Origin: Flavobacteriales bacterium
GTDB taxonomy: Bacteria; Bacteroidota; Bacteroidia; Flavobacteriales; Flavobacteriaceae
Direction of reading: 5' to 3'
NCBI GenBank assembly: GCA_004213645.1
Contig: SGZF01000003.1
Location: 2,606-66,605 of the forward strand
DNA: 64,000 nucleotides
Position 1 is the first letter of the stretch. Each line of letters begins with the position of its first letter. A model generated the notes under the pieces. The model saw only the letters and a list, made by a program, of their open reading frames with translations. It was not told the DNA's origin and searched no databases. Below, piece by piece: positions 33,415 through 45,470 of the stretch. A program made the translations under genes and the position numbers.

Positions 33415-33720
33415 ATGAGTCAAAAAATTAGAATAAAATTGAAATCTTATGACTATAATTTAGTTGATAAATCAGCTGATAAGATTGTAAAGACTGTAAA
33501 AAATACAGGTGCTGTTGTAACGGGTCCAATACCACTTCCTACACATAAAAAGATTTTTACTGTTCTAAGATCACCTCATGTAAATAAAAAATCTAGGGAA
33601 CAATTTAAGTTATGTTCCTACAAAAGACTGTTAGATATCTATAGTTCATCATCCAAAACAGTTGATGCATTAATGAAATTAGAACTCCCAAGTGGAGTTG
33701 AGGTAGAAATTAAAGTATAA
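33415..33720 (+). CDS. rpsJ: 30S ribosomal protein S10
   Basis: [10 protein letters not shown]...GPIPLPT...[16 protein letters not shown]. Confidence 0.98.
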   Translation: MSQKIRIKLKSYDYNLVDKSADKIVKTVKNTGAVVTGPIPLPTHKKIFTVLRSPHVNKKSREQFKLCSYKRLLDIYSSSSKTVDALMKLELPSGVEVEIKV

Positions 33721-33725
33721 TTATT

Positions 33726-34340
33726 ATGTCTGGTATTATTGGAAAAAAAATTGGAATGACAAGTATATACGACGAAAGTGGTAAGAATATTCCTTGTACT
33801 ATACTTCAGGCAGGCCCATGTACAATTACTCAAATTAAGACTGAAGATAAAGACGGTTATTCATCCTTTCAATTAGGTTTTGATGAGAAAAGAAAAAATA
33901 TTACCAAGGCTTGTGAAGGACAGTTTAAAAGGAGTAAGTCTAAACCAATGAATAAATTGGTCGAATTTAAAGGATTTGAAGGTGAACTTAAGCTTGGTGA
34001 CAAGATTACCGTTGATCACTTTCTAGAAGGAGAATATGTTGATGTATCTGGTTTAAGTAAAGGAAAAGGTTTTCAAGGTGTTGTCAAAAGACATGGTTTT
34101 GCAGGTGTTGGAGATTCAACTCATGGTCAACACAATAGACTCAGAGCACCCGGATCAATTGGTGCTGGTTCTAGTCCATCAAGAGTATTTAAAGGTATGA
34201 GAATGGCTGGTCAGACAGGTAATTCTAAAGTCAAGGTACTAAACCTGAAGGTTGTTAAAGTGATGTCAGAAGATAATATTTTAATTGTGAAGGGAAGCGT
34301 TCCGGGTCATAATAATTCATATATAATTGTTCAGAAGTAA
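33726..34340 (+). CDS. rplC: 50S ribosomal protein L3
   Basis: [29 protein letters not shown]. Confidence 0.98.
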   Translation: MSGIIGKKIGMTSIYDESGKNIPCTILQAGPCTITQIKTEDKDGYSSFQLGFDEKRKNITKACEGQFKRSKSKPMNKLVEFKGFEGELKLGDKITVDHFLEGEYVDVSGLSKGKGFQGVVKRHGFAGVGDSTHGQHNRLRAPGSIGAGSSPSRVFKGMRMAGQTGNSKVKVLNLKVVKVMSEDNILIVKGSVPGHNNSYIIVQK

Positions 34341-34966
34341 TGGAACTTAAAGTACATAATATAAAGGGTAAAGAGACTGAAAAAAAAGTCAAACTAAATA
34401 ATTCAATTTTTGGAATTGAACCAAATGATCATGCTATTTATCTTGATGTAAAGCAGTATCTTGCTAACAACAGAAAAGGTCTTCACAAATCTAAAGAAAG
34501 AGCGGAAATTGTAGGTAGTACTAGAAAGATAAAAAAACAGAAGGGAACTGGAACTGCAAGAGCAGGAAGTATAAAAAACCCATTATTTAGAGGCGGAGGT
34601 AGAGTTTTTGGTCCAAGACCTAGATCTTATGATCAAAAAATAAACAAGAAGGTTAAAAAATTAGCAAGAAAATCTGCTCTTGCTTATAAAGCTCAAAATA
34701 AAGAAATACTAATATTAGAAGATTTCAAGCTTTCGAATCCAAAAACTTCTGATTATCTAAATATTATTAAAGCTTTTGGTCTTGAATCAAAAAAAACTTT
34801 AGTGGTGACTAGTGAATTAAATAATAACATATATTTGTCGTCACGAAATTTAAAAAATTCTAAGGTTATAATTAACTCAGAATTAAACACTTATGAAATA
34901 ACAGATGCTAACAGTATTTTAATTTTAGAAAGTGCGGTTGAAGGAATTGAATCAACTTTGAAATAA
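34340..34966 (+). CDS. rplD: 50S ribosomal protein L4
   Basis: KQKGTGTARAGSIKNPLFRGGGRVFGPRPRSY. Confidence 0.97.
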   Translation: MELKVHNIKGKETEKKVKLNNSIFGIEPNDHAIYLDVKQYLANNRKGLHKSKERAEIVGSTRKIKKQKGTGTARAGSIKNPLFRGGGRVFGPRPRSYDQKINKKVKKLARKSALAYKAQNKEILILEDFKLSNPKTSDYLNIIKAFGLESKKTLVVTSELNNNIYLSSRNLKNSKVIINSELNTYEITDANSILILESAVEGIESTLK

Positions 34967-34974
34967 ATTATATT

Positions 34975-35265
34975 ATGGATATACTTTTAAAACCAATATT
35001 AACTGAAAAAGCAACTAATGAAAGTGAATTAAGAAATTCATACACTTTTATAGTTTCTAAAACTGCAAATAAAGTTGAAATAAAAAAAGCAGTAGAGTCC
35101 TCTTATGGGGTTTCGGTTTTAAAAGTTAGAACAATGATATATGGAGCTGAATCTAGGACAAGATACACTAAACGTGGTATTCAGAACAGTAAAAAAGGTT
35201 CATATAAAAAAGCAATAGTAAAAATTTCAGAAGGAGACAGAATTGACTTCTTTGCAAATCTATAA
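34975..35265 (+). CDS. rplW: 50S ribosomal protein L23
   Basis: [11 protein letters not shown]...YTFIV...[11 protein letters not shown]. Confidence 0.96.
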   Translation: MDILLKPILTEKATNESELRNSYTFIVSKTANKVEIKKAVESSYGVSVLKVRTMIYGAESRTRYTKRGIQNSKKGSYKKAIVKISEGDRIDFFANL

Positions 35266-35267
35266 AT

Positions 35268-36092
35268 ATGCCTGTAAGAAAACTTAAACCGGTTACACCA
35301 TCTCAGAGATTTAGAATCGTAAATGGATTTGATTCTATTACAACAGATAAACCTGAAAAGTCATTACTTACTCCTAAAAAAAGAACTGGAGGTAGAAATA
35401 ATCATGGTAAAATGACATCTAAGTACAGAGGGGGTGGTCATAAGAAAAGGTATAGATTAATTGATTTCAAAAGAGATAAGTTTGATGTAACAGCAGAAGT
35501 AAAATCAATTGAATATGATCCAAATAGAACTGCATTTATCTCATTGCTGGAGTATAAAGATGGAGAAAAAAGGTATATAATTGCTCAAAATGGCCTTAAT
35601 GTTGGTCAAACTGTTTTATCCGGTGAGTCAGCAACCCCTGAAATTGGAAATGCTATGCCAATAAATAAAATACCGTTAGGAACAATTATTTCATGTATTG
35701 AATTAAATCCCGGTAAAGGAGCTAGTATCTCTAGAAGTGCAGGCTCTTTTGCGCAATTAATGGCTAAAGAAGGGAAATACGTTACCATAAAACTTCCTTC
35801 AGGTGAAACAAGAATGATATTAAAAACTTGTTACGCTACAATTGGAGCTGTTTCAAATTCGGACAATCAACTTATATCTTCTGGAAAAGCAGGAAGAAAA
35901 AGATGGTTGGGTAGAAGACCAAGGACTAGGCCAGTTGCAATGAACCCAGTTGATCATCCAATGGGTGGTGGTGAAGGAAAAGCATCTGGAGGTCATCCAA
36001 GGTCTAAGAAGGGAATACCTGCTAAGGGTTATAGAACTCGATCAAAAAAGAAATTCTCTTCTAAGTTTATAATCGAAAGAAGAAAAAAATAA
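35268..36092 (+). CDS. rplB: 50S ribosomal protein L2
   Basis: [28 protein letters not shown]. Confidence 0.98.
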   Translation: MPVRKLKPVTPSQRFRIVNGFDSITTDKPEKSLLTPKKRTGGRNNHGKMTSKYRGGGHKKRYRLIDFKRDKFDVTAEVKSIEYDPNRTAFISLLEYKDGEKRYIIAQNGLNVGQTVLSGESATPEIGNAMPINKIPLGTIISCIELNPGKGASISRSAGSFAQLMAKEGKYVTIKLPSGETRMILKTCYATIGAVSNSDNQLISSGKAGRKRWLGRRPRTRPVAMNPVDHPMGGGEGKASGGHPRSKKGIPAKGYRTRSKKKFSSKFIIERRKK

Positions 36093-36097
36093 ATAGT

Positions 36098-36364
36098 ATG
36101 TCAAGATCACTAAAAAAAGGACCATATGTTCATTTAAGCCTTCTTAAAAAGGTTAACAAAAATATTGAAGACAAAAAGAAGGCTGTAATTAAAACATGGT
36201 CTAGATCTTCAATGATTATTCCTGATTTTGTTGGGCAAACAATTGCTGTACATAATGGTAAACAATTTATTCCAGTATATATAACTGAAAATATGGTTGG
36301 TCATAAGCTTGGTGAATTTTCTCCAACAAGATCATTTAGAGGTCATACTGGTAACAAAAGATAA
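36098..36364 (+). CDS. rpsS: 30S ribosomal protein S19
   Basis: [11 protein letters not shown]...[31 protein letters not shown]. Confidence 0.98.
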   Translation: MSRSLKKGPYVHLSLLKKVNKNIEDKKKAVIKTWSRSSMIIPDFVGQTIAVHNGKQFIPVYITENMVGHKLGEFSPTRSFRGHTGNKR

Positions 36365-36386
36365 TAGAATATTGATTAAAAAGTAA

Positions 36387-36788
36387 ATGGGATCAAGAAA
36401 GAGAAATAGCGCAGAAAAAATTAAAGAAGCAAAGAAAGATCTATCTTATGCGAAACTTAATAATTGTCCAACTTCACCAAGAAAAATGCGTTTAGTTGCA
36501 GATCAAATTAGAGGCGAGAACATATCAAGTGCTTTGTCTATATTAAAATTTAGCCCAAAGGAAGCTTCAAGAAGACTTGAAAAACTCCTTATATCTGCTA
36601 TTTCAAATTGGCAGTCTAAAAATGAAAATACCAATATCGACTCTGCACAGCTTTTTGTTAAAGAGATAAGAGTTGATGGTGGTAGTATGTTAAAAAGAAT
36701 AAGAACAGCTCCTCAAGGTAGAGCTCATAGAATTAGAAAGAGGTCTAATCATGTTACATTAGTTCTTTCATCAAAAACAGTTAATTAA
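36387..36788 (+). CDS. rplV: 50S ribosomal protein L22
   Basis: [14 protein letters not shown]...AL.ILKFSPK. Confidence 0.96.
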   Translation: MGSRKRNSAEKIKEAKKDLSYAKLNNCPTSPRKMRLVADQIRGENISSALSILKFSPKEASRRLEKLLISAISNWQSKNENTNIDSAQLFVKEIRVDGGSMLKRIRTAPQGRAHRIRKRSNHVTLVLSSKTVN

Positions 36789-37499
36789 ATGGGACAAAAA
36801 ACAAATCCAATAGGAAATAGATTAGGAATTATTAGAGGTTGGGACTCTAACTGGTGGGGAGGTAGAGACTATGGTGATAAGATTGCAGAGGATGATAAAA
36901 TTAGAAAGTACATACATGCTAGACTTTCACGCGCAAGTGTTTCGAGTATTATTATTGAAAGAACACTTAAATTAATTACTATCACTATAACTACTGCTAG
37001 ACCTGGAATAATTATTGGTAAAGCTGGATCAGAAGTTGACAAGCTTAAAGAAGAGTTAAAGAAAATTACTTCAAAAGATGTACAACTTAATATTTTTGAA
37101 ATTAAACGCCCTGAATTAGATGCATTTTTAGTTGGTAACAGCATTGCAAGACAAATTGAAAATAGAATTTCTTTTAGAAGAGCTATAAAAATGGCTATTG
37201 CAGCTGCTATGAGAATGAATGCTGAGGGAATTAAAATTCAGATATCTGGAAGACTTAACGGAGCTGAGATGGCAAGATCAGAATCTTACAAAGAAGGTAG
37301 AATTCCGTTATCTACATTTCGTGCTGATATTGACTATGCTATAGTTGAAGCTCACACTACATATGGAAGACTAGGTATTAAGGTTTGGATTATGAAAGGA
37401 GAAGTATATGGTAAAAGAGAATTATCGCCACTTGTCGGTATGAAGAAATCTTCTAATAATTCTAGAAAAAATAATAGACAAAGAGATAGAAAAAATTAA
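36789..37499 (+). CDS. rpsC: 30S ribosomal protein S3
   Basis: [35 protein letters not shown]. Confidence 0.98.
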   Translation: MGQKTNPIGNRLGIIRGWDSNWWGGRDYGDKIAEDDKIRKYIHARLSRASVSSIIIERTLKLITITITTARPGIIIGKAGSEVDKLKEELKKITSKDVQLNIFEIKRPELDAFLVGNSIARQIENRISFRRAIKMAIAAAMRMNAEGIKIQISGRLNGAEMARSESYKEGRIPLSTFRADIDYAIVEAHTTYGRLGIKVWIMKGEVYGKRELSPLVGMKKSSNNSRKNNRQRDRKN

Positions 37500-37505
37500 C
37501 TAGAT

Positions 37506-37937
37506 ATGTTGCAGCCAAAAAGGACAAAATATAGAAAAGCACAGAAAGGTAAAATGAAGGGTATATCTCAGAGAGGGCATAGACTATCAAATGGAATGTT
37601 TGGAATTAAATCATTAGAATCCAAATTTATAACTTCAAGACAAATTGAGGCTGCAAGAATTGCTGCTACAAGATATATGAAAAGAGAAGGTCAGCTTTGG
37701 ATTAAAATTTTCCCAGATAAGCCAATTACTAAGAAACCTCTTGAGGTTAGGATGGGAAAGGGTAAAGGTGCTCCTGAATATTTTGTTGCTGTTGTTAAAC
37801 CTGGTAGAGTTTTATTTGAAGTATCGGGTGTTCCAGTTGCAGTAGCAAAAGAGGCTCTTAGGTTAGCTGCTCAAAAATTACCAGTAACAACTAAATTTAT
37901 TATTGCTAGAGATTTTAAAGGATATTATGAAAATTAG
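37506..37937 (+). CDS. rplP: 50S ribosomal protein L16
   Basis: [14 protein letters not shown]...RMGKGKG.PE. Confidence 0.98.
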   Translation: MLQPKRTKYRKAQKGKMKGISQRGHRLSNGMFGIKSLESKFITSRQIEAARIAATRYMKREGQLWIKIFPDKPITKKPLEVRMGKGKGAPEYFVAVVKPGRVLFEVSGVPVAVAKEALRLAAQKLPVTTKFIIARDFKGYYEN

Positions 37938-38118
37938 TGAAATTAGAAATATGACAATTGACGAGTTAAACGAAAAATTAACTGATACTTCAATGAAGTT
38001 ATCTCAGTTAAAATTTAATAACTCTGTTCAAACAATTGAGAACCCTCTTGAAATTAAAATTTTAAGAAGACAGCTTGCTAAACTAAAAACAGTATTAAAC
38101 GAAAAAAAAGAATATTAA
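37927..38118 (+). CDS. rpmC: 50S ribosomal protein L29
   Basis: I chose the start at [18 protein letters not shown] (63 aa, usual L29 length). It overlaps the rplP end by 11 nt. The 71-aa ORF-track start at 37903 is probably too long. Confidence 0.93.
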   Translation: MKISEIRNMTIDELNEKLTDTSMKLSQLKFNNSVQTIENPLEIKILRRQLAKLKTVLNEKKEY

Positions 38119-38376
38119 ATGTCAACTAGAACTTTAAGAAAGGAAAGAATAGGAATAGTATCCTCAGATAAAATGGAAAAGTCAGTGGTGGTTTCAGAGG
38201 TTAAGAAGGTGAAACATCCTGTATATGGAAAGTTTGTTTTGAAAACAAAAAAATATGTCGCTCATGACGAGAAAAATGATTGTAATGAAGGTGATACTGT
38301 AAGGATAATGGAAACAAGACCGATAAGTAAAACTAAAAAGTGGAGAATTGTAGAAATAATAGAAAGAGCAAAATAA
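38119..38376 (+). CDS. rpsQ: 30S ribosomal protein S17
   Basis: [19 protein letters not shown]...KYVAHDE.N....GD.V.I.ETRPISK.K.W. Confidence 0.97.
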   Translation: MSTRTLRKERIGIVSSDKMEKSVVVSEVKKVKHPVYGKFVLKTKKYVAHDEKNDCNEGDTVRIMETRPISKTKKWRIVEIIERAK

Positions 38377-38377
38377 A

Positions 38378-38746
38378 ATGATACAATCAGAATCAAGACT
38401 TAAAGTAGCAGATAATACAGGAGCAAAAGAGGTTCTTACTATTCGTGTTTTAGGTGGTACTAAAAGAAGATATGCCAGGCTCGGTGATAAAATTGTTGTA
38501 ACTGTAAAGGATGCAACCCCTAATGGAACTGTAAAAAAGGGTCAAGTATCTATCGCTGTTGTTGTCAGAACAAAGAAAGAGGTAAGAAGAAATGATGGTT
38601 CATATATTAGATTTGATGAGAATGCATGTGTATTGCTACAACAAACTGGAGAGATGAGAGGAACTAGGGTTTTTGGACCTGTTGCAAGAGAATTAAGGGA
38701 TAAACAATTTATGAAAATAGTTTCACTGGCCCCTGAGGTTTTATAA
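38378..38746 (+). CDS. rplN: 50S ribosomal protein L14
   Basis: [18 protein letters not shown]...IRFDENA.VL. Confidence 0.98.
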   Translation: MIQSESRLKVADNTGAKEVLTIRVLGGTKRRYARLGDKIVVTVKDATPNGTVKKGQVSIAVVVRTKKEVRRNDGSYIRFDENACVLLQQTGEMRGTRVFGPVARELRDKQFMKIVSLAPEVL

Positions 38747-38753
38747 TAAAAAG

Positions 38754-39065
38754 ATGAAAAAGATTAAAATTAAAAAAGGAGACCAAGTATTAGTAATTGC
38801 CGGAGTCAATAAAGGTGTTAAAGGATCTGTTTTAAAGGTATTATATAATTTAAATAAAGCTCTCGTTGAGGGAGTTAACACTGTCAAAAGGCATACAAAA
38901 CCTAATTCTGAAAACCCTAAAGGTGGAATTATTGAAAAACAGTTACCAATTGATATCTCTAATTTATCTTTAATGACTAAGGAAGGTGAGAATACTAGGG
39001 TTGGTTTTAAAATTGAAGATGGAAAAAAAGTACGTATATCAAAAAAATCTAAAGAAATTATTTAA
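38754..39065 (+). CDS. rplX: 50S ribosomal protein L24
   Basis: [20 protein letters not shown]. Confidence 0.96.
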   Translation: MKKIKIKKGDQVLVIAGVNKGVKGSVLKVLYNLNKALVEGVNTVKRHTKPNSENPKGGIIEKQLPIDISNLSLMTKEGENTRVGFKIEDGKKVRISKKSKEII

Positions 39066-39067
39066 TT

Positions 39068-39616
39068 ATGTCATACATTCCTAGGCTTAAAGAAGAATAT
39101 TCTAATAAGATTATTAAAGATCTCAAAGTAAATCTAGAGCTATCAAATATCATGCAGGTTCCAGCTTTAGATAAGATTATTTTATCTAGAGGAGTTGGTG
39201 CAGCTGTTAGTGATAAAAAATTAATTGATCATGCGGTTGAAGAGCTTACCTTAATTTCAGGACAAAAAGCAATTGCTACATTATCAAAAAAGGATGTTGC
39301 ATCGTTTAAACTCAGAAAGGGGACTCCTATTGGTGCGAAGGTAACTCTTAGAGGAGAAAGAATGTTTGAATTTCTTGACAGACTTATTACTATAGCTCTA
39401 CCTAGGGTAAGAGATTTTCAAGGGATAAAGGCTAATGGGTTTGATGGAAGAGGAAACTATAATCTTGGTGTTAAAGAACAAATTATCTTTCCTGAAATTA
39501 ATATAGATAAGGTAAATAAAATAGCTGGAATGGATATAACATTTGTCACTAACACCAATTCTGACAAAGAAGCAAAAGCATTATTAACTGAATTAGGATT
39601 ACCATTTAAAAAATAA
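39068..39616 (+). CDS. rplE: 50S ribosomal protein L5
   Basis: PRLKEEY...[43 protein letters not shown]. Confidence 0.98.
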   Translation: MSYIPRLKEEYSNKIIKDLKVNLELSNIMQVPALDKIILSRGVGAAVSDKKLIDHAVEELTLISGQKAIATLSKKDVASFKLRKGTPIGAKVTLRGERMFEFLDRLITIALPRVRDFQGIKANGFDGRGNYNLGVKEQIIFPEINIDKVNKIAGMDITFVTNTNSDKEAKALLTELGLPFKK

Positions 39617-39620
39617 TATT

Positions 39621-39890
39621 ATGGCAAAAGAATCAATGAAAGCAAGGGAAAGAAAAAGGGAAAGAATAGTTGCAAAGTATGCATCTAAAAGAAAGTCTCT
39701 TATTGAAGCAAAAGACTATGTTGGTCTTCAAAAACTCCCAAAAAATGCATCTCCAATTAGGCTTCATAATAGATGTAAACTTACTGGTAGACCAAAAGGT
39801 TATATCAGACAATTTGGTATTTCAAGAGTGATGTTCAGAGAAATGGCTAATAAAGGATTAATCCCTGGTGTAACAAAAGCTAGTTGGTAA
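39621..39890 (+). CDS. rpsN: 30S ribosomal protein S14 (long, non-zinc form)
   Basis: 89 aa. [12 protein letters not shown]...[28 protein letters not shown]. Confidence 0.97.
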   Translation: MAKESMKARERKRERIVAKYASKRKSLIEAKDYVGLQKLPKNASPIRLHNRCKLTGRPKGYIRQFGISRVMFREMANKGLIPGVTKASW

Positions 39891-39900
39891 ATTAAAGATT

Positions 39901-40302
39901 ATGTATACAGACACTATTGCAGATTATTTAACAAGGTTACGAAACGCTAGCATGGCTGGTCATAAAGTTGTAGATATACCTTCATCAAATATTAAGATGG
40001 ATATTACTAAGATTCTATTTGATCAGGGGTATATATTAAGTTATAAGTTTGAAGATACTGAAAACAAGCAAGGCAATATTAAGATTGCTTTAAAATATGA
40101 TTCTGTATCAAAGCAACCTGTTATAAAAGAAATTCAAAGAATTAGTAAACCAGGTCTTAGAAAATATTCTAATTCAACTGATTTTCCAAGAATTCTTAAT
40201 GGATTAGGAATTTCCATTGTTTCTACATCTAAAGGGGTTATGACAGGTAAACAGGCTGCCCTTCAAAATATTGGTGGTGAATTAATTTGTTATGTTTTTT
40301 AA
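39901..40302 (+). CDS. rpsH: 30S ribosomal protein S8
   Basis: DTIADYLTRLRNA, LGISIVSTSKGVMT. Confidence 0.97.
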   Translation: MYTDTIADYLTRLRNASMAGHKVVDIPSSNIKMDITKILFDQGYILSYKFEDTENKQGNIKIALKYDSVSKQPVIKEIQRISKPGLRKYSNSTDFPRILNGLGISIVSTSKGVMTGKQAALQNIGGELICYVF

Positions 40303-40311
40303 AAATATTTT

Positions 40312-40854
40312 ATGTCAAGAATAGGTAACAATCCGATAAGTATTCCAGAAGGCGTTTCTGCAACGGTTAGTGGAAATCTAATTACTGTTAAAGGTAAAAA
40401 TGGTGAAATGAATCAAGATTTTGACGGTGTTAGCTTTGATATTTCTCCAGATACTATTTTAGTAAAAAGAAATTCTGAGTCAAAAGATCATAAGTCCAAG
40501 CATGGTTTATATAGATCACTTGTGTCTAATATGATTGTTGGTGTTTCAAAAGGATTTACACTTGAATTAGAACTTGTAGGTGTTGGATATAGAGCCACCT
40601 CCTCTGGACAGAAGTTAGACCTTGCCTTAGGATATTCTCATACTATAGTTATGAGCATTGCATCTGAGGTAAAAGTTGAATGTGTAAATGAAAAGGGTTC
40701 TAATCCGATTATAAAATTGACCTCTGCTGATAAGCAATTGGTAGGACATGTTGCAGCGAAGATTAGATCTTTTAGAATTCCAGAACCTTACAAAGGAAAA
40801 GGTATAAGATTTGTTGGTGAACAAATAAGAAGGAAAGCAGGTAAATCAGCATAA
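40312..40854 (+). CDS. rplF: 50S ribosomal protein L6
   Basis: [31 protein letters not shown]. Confidence 0.97.
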   Translation: MSRIGNNPISIPEGVSATVSGNLITVKGKNGEMNQDFDGVSFDISPDTILVKRNSESKDHKSKHGLYRSLVSNMIVGVSKGFTLELELVGVGYRATSSGQKLDLALGYSHTIVMSIASEVKVECVNEKGSNPIIKLTSADKQLVGHVAAKIRSFRIPEPYKGKGIRFVGEQIRRKAGKSA

Positions 40855-40855
40855 T

Positions 40856-41215
40856 ATGAAAAACACAAAAACATATAGAAGAAATAGGATTAGACAAAGA
40901 ATTAAGAAAGTAATTTCTGGTACTCCAGATTATCCAAGGCTTTCTGTATTTCGAAGTAATAAAGAGATCTATTGTCAAGTTATAGACGATGTCAATGGCA
41001 AAACTCTTATGCAGACTTCATCTAGAGACAAAGCAATTTTAGATCAAAAACTAAAAACAAACTCTGAAATTTCTTTTAATGTAGGAAAATTAATTGCTGA
41101 GAAGGCAGTTAAAGCTGGAATTGATAAGATTAAATTCGATAGAGGAGGATACCTCTATCATGGTAGAGTTAAATCTCTAGCTGAAGGCGCAAGAGATGGT
41201 GGACTTAAATTTTAA
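40856..41215 (+). CDS. rplR: 50S ribosomal protein L18
   Basis: [42 protein letters not shown]. Confidence 0.97.
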   Translation: MKNTKTYRRNRIRQRIKKVISGTPDYPRLSVFRSNKEIYCQVIDDVNGKTLMQTSSRDKAILDQKLKTNSEISFNVGKLIAEKAVKAGIDKIKFDRGGYLYHGRVKSLAEGARDGGLKF

Positions 41216-41217
41216 AT

Positions 41218-41742
41218 ATGTATAAAAATTATAAAAATATTGAACTTGTTAAACCTGCTGGTTTAGATCTTAAAGATAAACTTGTTGGTATTCAAAGGGT
41301 AACTAAGGTTACAAAAGGTGGTAGAGCATTTGGTTTCTCTGCCATTGTAGTAGTTGGTGATGAGAATGGCGTCGTAGGTCATGGATTAGGTAAAGCTAAA
41401 GAGGTTACTACTGCTATTTCTAAAGCAGTAGAAGATGCAAAGAAGAATTTAGTAAGAGTTCCAATTGAAAATGGAACTTTACCTCATGAGCAAAAAGGTA
41501 AGTATGGTGGTTCAAGAGTATTTATCAAACCTGCAACACCTGGTACTGGTGTTATTGCAGGTGGTGCAGTTAGAACAGTTCTTGAAGCTGTTGGTGTTCA
41601 GAATGTTCTTTCTAAATCTCAAGGATCTTCAAATCCTCATAATGTTGTAAAGGCAACATTTGATGCATTATTAAATTTAAGAAGTCCTCTGATGATTTCA
41701 AGACAAAGAGGTATATCTCTAGATAAAGTTTTTAAAGGATGA
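41218..41742 (+). CDS. rpsE: 30S ribosomal protein S5
   Basis: [33 protein letters not shown]. Confidence 0.98.
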   Translation: MYKNYKNIELVKPAGLDLKDKLVGIQRVTKVTKGGRAFGFSAIVVVGDENGVVGHGLGKAKEVTTAISKAVEDAKKNLVRVPIENGTLPHEQKGKYGGSRVFIKPATPGTGVIAGGAVRTVLEAVGVQNVLSKSQGSSNPHNVVKATFDALLNLRSPLMISRQRGISLDKVFKG

Positions 41743-41924
41743 GTAAAAAAATAAGAATTAAACAAGTAAGAAGCACTATTAAAAGGTTAGAGTCTCAGAA
41801 AAGAACTCTTAAGGCACTTGGTTTAAGAAAAATTGGAATGGAAGTTGAACATGAACTTACTTCATCAATCTCAGGTATGATAGATAAAGTTAGACATCTA
41901 GTTGAGGTAAATTCTGTAAAATAA
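41739..41924 (+). CDS. rpmD: 50S ribosomal protein L30
   Basis: [11 protein letters not shown]...[13 protein letters not shown]. Its ATGA start overlaps the rpsE stop. Confidence 0.95.
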   Translation: MSKKIRIKQVRSTIKRLESQKRTLKALGLRKIGMEVEHELTSSISGMIDKVRHLVEVNSVK

Positions 41925-41929
41925 TTAAT

Positions 41930-42382
41930 ATGAGTCTAAACAATTTAAAACCTGCAAAAGGATCAAATAAAACTAGTGGAAAAAGACTAGGAAGAGGACA
42001 GGGTTCAGGAAAAGGAGGCACTTCTACTAAAGGTCACAAAGGTGCTCAGTCAAGATCTGGTTATTCTAGAAAAATTGGTTTTGAAGGTGGTCAAATGCCT
42101 CTTCAAAGAAGAATACCAAAGTTTGGTTTTAAAAATATAAATAGAGTTGAATACAGGGCTATAAATCTAGATGATATTCAAGCTCTTATTACAAATAAAA
42201 AAATAAAGAAGGACTTAACAATTGATAAGATGGTTGAATTAAGACTTGCAAAAAAAGGTGATCTTATAAAAATATTAGGCAGAGGTAATATTGATGAAGC
42301 TGTAAACGTAACTGCTCATAAATTTTCTGCATCAGCTGAAAAACTTATTGAAAAAGTTGGTGGAAAAATCATAAAAATATAA
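41930..42382 (+). CDS. rplO: 50S ribosomal protein L15
   Basis: L.NLKPAKGS.K..KRLGRGQGSGKGGTS.KGHKG. Confidence 0.97.
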   Translation: MSLNNLKPAKGSNKTSGKRLGRGQGSGKGGTSTKGHKGAQSRSGYSRKIGFEGGQMPLQRRIPKFGFKNINRVEYRAINLDDIQALITNKKIKKDLTIDKMVELRLAKKGDLIKILGRGNIDEAVNVTAHKFSASAEKLIEKVGGKIIKI

Positions 42383-43734
42383 TGAATAAATTAGTAGACA
42401 TAATAAAGAGTATATACAAGATTAAAGAGTTAAGGGAAAGAATCCTTTTTACTCTTATGCTTTTATTAGTCTATAGATTAGGTGCTCAAGTTGTGCTTCC
42501 AGGAGTTGACTCACTCGCATTATCAGATCTTTCATCAAGATCAGATGGTGGAGGATTATTAGGTATTCTTAATGCATTTACAGGTGGTGCTTTTGCTAAC
42601 GCTTCAATTTTTGCATTGGGAATTATGCCTTACATATCTGCTTCCATAGTTGTGCAGTTAATGGGTGTTGCACTACCTTATCTCCAAAAACTTCAAAAAG
42701 AAGGAGAGAGTGGTAGAAAAAAAATTACTCAAATTACTAGATGGTTAACTATATTTATTTGTGTGGTTCAAGCTCCAGCATACCTTTATGGTCTTAGTGC
42801 ATTAGGAGTCCCAGATAGTGCTTTTATATTTGGTAGAACTCCAATGTTTATTTTTTCATCTATAATTATTCTTGTAACTGGATGTATTTTTGCTATGTGG
42901 CTGGGAGAAAAGATTACTGATAGAGGAATAGGTAATGGAATATCACTTCTTATAACTGTAGGAATTGTAGCTTCGCTTCCTCTTTCTTTTACTCAAAATT
43001 TAATATCTAGAATCTCTGAAAGCAATGGTGGTCTGATAATGGTTGTTATTGAACTAGCTGTATGGCTAGTAATAATTCTATTAAGTATTCTTTTAGTCAT
43101 GGCAGTCAGACAAATTCCTGTTCAATATGCTAGAAGAAACTCTGTGCCTGGATCTCAATCAGCAGGAATGGCAAAAAGACAATATATTCCTTTAAAGCTA
43201 AATGCTTCGGGAGTAATGCCAATTATTTTTGCACAAGCTTTAATGTTTGCTCCAGCAACAATTGGAAGTGTTTTTGGTACATCTTCTATAGGTCAATGGT
43301 TACAAACCAGTTTTAGTGACATATTTGGTTTGTGGTATAATATTTTATTTGGTTTATTGGTTGTTATTTTTACGTTTTTTTATACTGCAATAACAGTTCC
43401 AACAAATAAGATGTCTGATGACTTAAAAAGAAGTGGTGGATTTGTTCCAGGAATAAGACCTGGGAACGAAACTTCAGAATATTTGGATTCAGTTATGTCA
43501 CAAATAACTTTTCCTGGATCTTTATACTTAGCAATAATTGCAGTTTTTCCTGCTATAGTTGTTCAGTTAATAGGAATGCAGCAAGGATGGGCTCTATTTT
43601 TTGGAGGAACATCACTTTTAATTATGGTAGGAGTAGCAATAGATACTATTCAGCAGGTAAATGCATATTTACTTAATAATCATTACGATGGGCTTATGAA
43701 ATCTGGTTCAATGAGAAGTAAACCAACAATTTAA
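42382..43734 (+). CDS. secY: Preprotein translocase subunit SecY
   Basis: 450 aa, 10 TM segments. [24 protein letters not shown]. Confidence 0.98.
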   Translation: MNKLVDIIKSIYKIKELRERILFTLMLLLVYRLGAQVVLPGVDSLALSDLSSRSDGGGLLGILNAFTGGAFANASIFALGIMPYISASIVVQLMGVALPYLQKLQKEGESGRKKITQITRWLTIFICVVQAPAYLYGLSALGVPDSAFIFGRTPMFIFSSIIILVTGCIFAMWLGEKITDRGIGNGISLLITVGIVASLPLSFTQNLISRISESNGGLIMVVIELAVWLVIILLSILLVMAVRQIPVQYARRNSVPGSQSAGMAKRQYIPLKLNASGVMPIIFAQALMFAPATIGSVFGTSSIGQWLQTSFSDIFGLWYNILFGLLVVIFTFFYTAITVPTNKMSDDLKRSGGFVPGIRPGNETSEYLDSVMSQITFPGSLYLAIIAVFPAIVVQLIGMQQGWALFFGGTSLLIMVGVAIDTIQQVNAYLLNNHYDGLMKSGSMRSKPTI

Positions 43735-43735
43735 A

Positions 43736-43951
43736 ATGGCAAAACAGAAATCAATAGAACAAGAAGGTAAGATTATTGAAGCACTATCAAATGCTATGTT
43801 TAGAGTTGAGCTAGAAAACGGTCATGTTGTTACAGCTCATATTTCTGGTAAGATGAGACTTCATTATATTAAACTGTTACCTGGTGATAAAGTTAAGTTA
43901 GAAATGAGTCCTTATGATTTGACAAAAGCAAGAATAACATTTAGAATGTAA
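43736..43951 (+). CDS. infA: Translation initiation factor IF-1
   Basis: [51 protein letters not shown]. Confidence 0.98.
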   Translation: MAKQKSIEQEGKIIEALSNAMFRVELENGHVVTAHISGKMRLHYIKLLPGDKVKLEMSPYDLTKARITFRM

Positions 43952-43964
43952 AATATATATAAAA

Positions 43965-44081
43965 ATGAAAGTAAGAGCATCAATAAAGAAAAGAAGTAGT
44001 GAATGTAAAATCGTCAGAAGAAAAGGACGGTTATATGTTATTAATAAAAAAAATCCAAGATTTAAACAAAGACAAGGTTAA
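43965..44081 (+). CDS. rpmJ: 50S ribosomal protein L36 (not in the supplied ORF track)
   Basis: My own translation from ATG 43965 gives [38 protein letters not shown], then TAA at 44079-44081. It sits in the canonical position between infA and rpsM. Confidence 0.95.
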   Translation: MKVRASIKKRSSECKIVRRKGRLYVINKKNPRFKQRQG

Positions 44082-44083
44082 TT

Positions 44084-44458
44084 ATGGCAAGAATTTCAGG
44101 AATTGATATACCAAAGGATAAAAGAGGAGCAATAGCTCTTACATATATTTATGGTATTGGTAAAAGCTTAGCAATAACAATATTAGAAAAATCAAACGTT
44201 GACTCTAATAAAAAGGTTTCAGATTGGAATGATAAAGATATAGCTAGTATCAGAGATGTAGTTGGTAATCTTACAATTGAGGGTGAATTAAGATCGGAAA
44301 CTCAACTTAATATCAAAAGGTTAATGGATATTGGTAGTTATAGAGGTATAAGACATAGAACAGGTCTTCCTCTGAGAGGACAAAGAACCAAAAATAACTC
44401 AAGAACTAGGAAAGGAAAACGAAAAACTGTAGCTAACAAGAAAAAAGCGACGAAGTAA
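44084..44458 (+). CDS. rpsM: 30S ribosomal protein S13
   Basis: [13 protein letters not shown]...LTYIYGIG...YRG.RHR.GLP.RGQRTK.N.RT. Confidence 0.98.
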   Translation: MARISGIDIPKDKRGAIALTYIYGIGKSLAITILEKSNVDSNKKVSDWNDKDIASIRDVVGNLTIEGELRSETQLNIKRLMDIGSYRGIRHRTGLPLRGQRTKNNSRTRKGKRKTVANKKKATK

Positions 44459-44460
44459 TT

Positions 44461-44844
44461 ATGGCAAAATCTACAAATAAAAAAAGAAAAGTAATTGTTG
44501 ATTCAACAGGTGAAGCTCATATTAATGCTTCATTTAATAATATTATTATATCAATTACAAATTTAAAAGGTGAAGTTATTTCATGGTCATCAGCTGGAAA
44601 GATGGGCTTTAGAGGTTCCAAAAAGAACACTCCATTTGCGGCTCAAACTGCAGCTGAAGATTGTGCAAAAAAAGCTTATGATGAAGGATTAAGAAGAATT
44701 AAGGTTCTAGTTAAAGGACCTGGTAATGGGAGAGAATCAGCAATTAGAACACTTCATAATAATGGTTTAGAAGTATCTGAAATTATTGATGTAACTCCAG
44801 TGCCTCATAATGGATGTAGACCACCTAAAAGAAGAAGAGTTTAA
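44461..44844 (+). CDS. rpsK: 30S ribosomal protein S11
   Basis: [54 protein letters not shown]. Confidence 0.98.
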   Translation: MAKSTNKKRKVIVDSTGEAHINASFNNIIISITNLKGEVISWSSAGKMGFRGSKKNTPFAAQTAAEDCAKKAYDEGLRRIKVLVKGPGNGRESAIRTLHNNGLEVSEIIDVTPVPHNGCRPPKRRRV

Positions 44845-44859
44845 TTAATAACAATATAA

Positions 44860-45465
44860 ATGGCAAGATATACAGGACCAAAAACAAAGATTTCGAGAAA
44901 GTTCGGTGAGCCTCTTTTTGGCGAGGACCGTACTCTAGAGAAAAAAAATTATCCACCAGGTCAACATGGTAATAGTAAGAGAAGATCTAAGAAGTCTGAA
45001 TATGCTGTTCAATTAATGGAAAAGCAAAAGGCTAAGTATACATATGGTATTCTTGAAAAACAATTTAAAAATATCTATGATAAAGCAAATAAAGGTAAAG
45101 GTATTACAGGTGAATTATTGCTTCAACTTTGTGAATCTAGACTTGATAATGTTGTATTTAGAATGGGGATTTCTAAAACACGAGACGGAGCAAGACAGCT
45201 TGTTTCTCATAAGCATGTTAATGTTAATGGGTCAATTGTAAATATTCCATCATACACTCTAAGACCTGGTGATAAAGTTTCTGTTAGAGAAAAATCAAAG
45301 TCTTTAAAGGCAATTGAAAATTCACTTTCGGTAAATAGCTCCGAATATGAATGGATTAAATTTAACAGAGAAAGACTTGAAGGAGAATTTGTTTCAATTC
45401 CTGAAAGAGAACAGATTCCTGAAAATATTAAAGAACAATTAATCGTTGAATTATACTCAAAATAA
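44860..45465 (+). CDS. rpsD: 30S ribosomal protein S4
   Basis: [24 protein letters not shown]....R..ARQLVSH.H..VNG. Confidence 0.98.
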   Translation: MARYTGPKTKISRKFGEPLFGEDRTLEKKNYPPGQHGNSKRRSKKSEYAVQLMEKQKAKYTYGILEKQFKNIYDKANKGKGITGELLLQLCESRLDNVVFRMGISKTRDGARQLVSHKHVNVNGSIVNIPSYTLRPGDKVSVREKSKSLKAIENSLSVNSSEYEWIKFNRERLEGEFVSIPEREQIPENIKEQLIVELYSK

Positions 45466-45470
45466 AAAAT

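Noticed and set aside
43735-43736. Missing adk and map between secY and infA, and no tuf after fusA, as possible deletions.
   Set aside because: To my knowledge this gene order is the normal arrangement in Bacteroidota (tuf sits with secE-nusG elsewhere), so it is a lineage trait rather than an anomaly.
43965-44081. Cysteine-poor (non-zinc) forms of L36, L33, L28 and long S14 as a possible zinc-sparing adaptation.
   Set aside because: The same single-Cys L36 and long S14 forms are typical of Bacteroidota generally. There are no paralogue pairs in the window, so nothing suggests a regulated switch.
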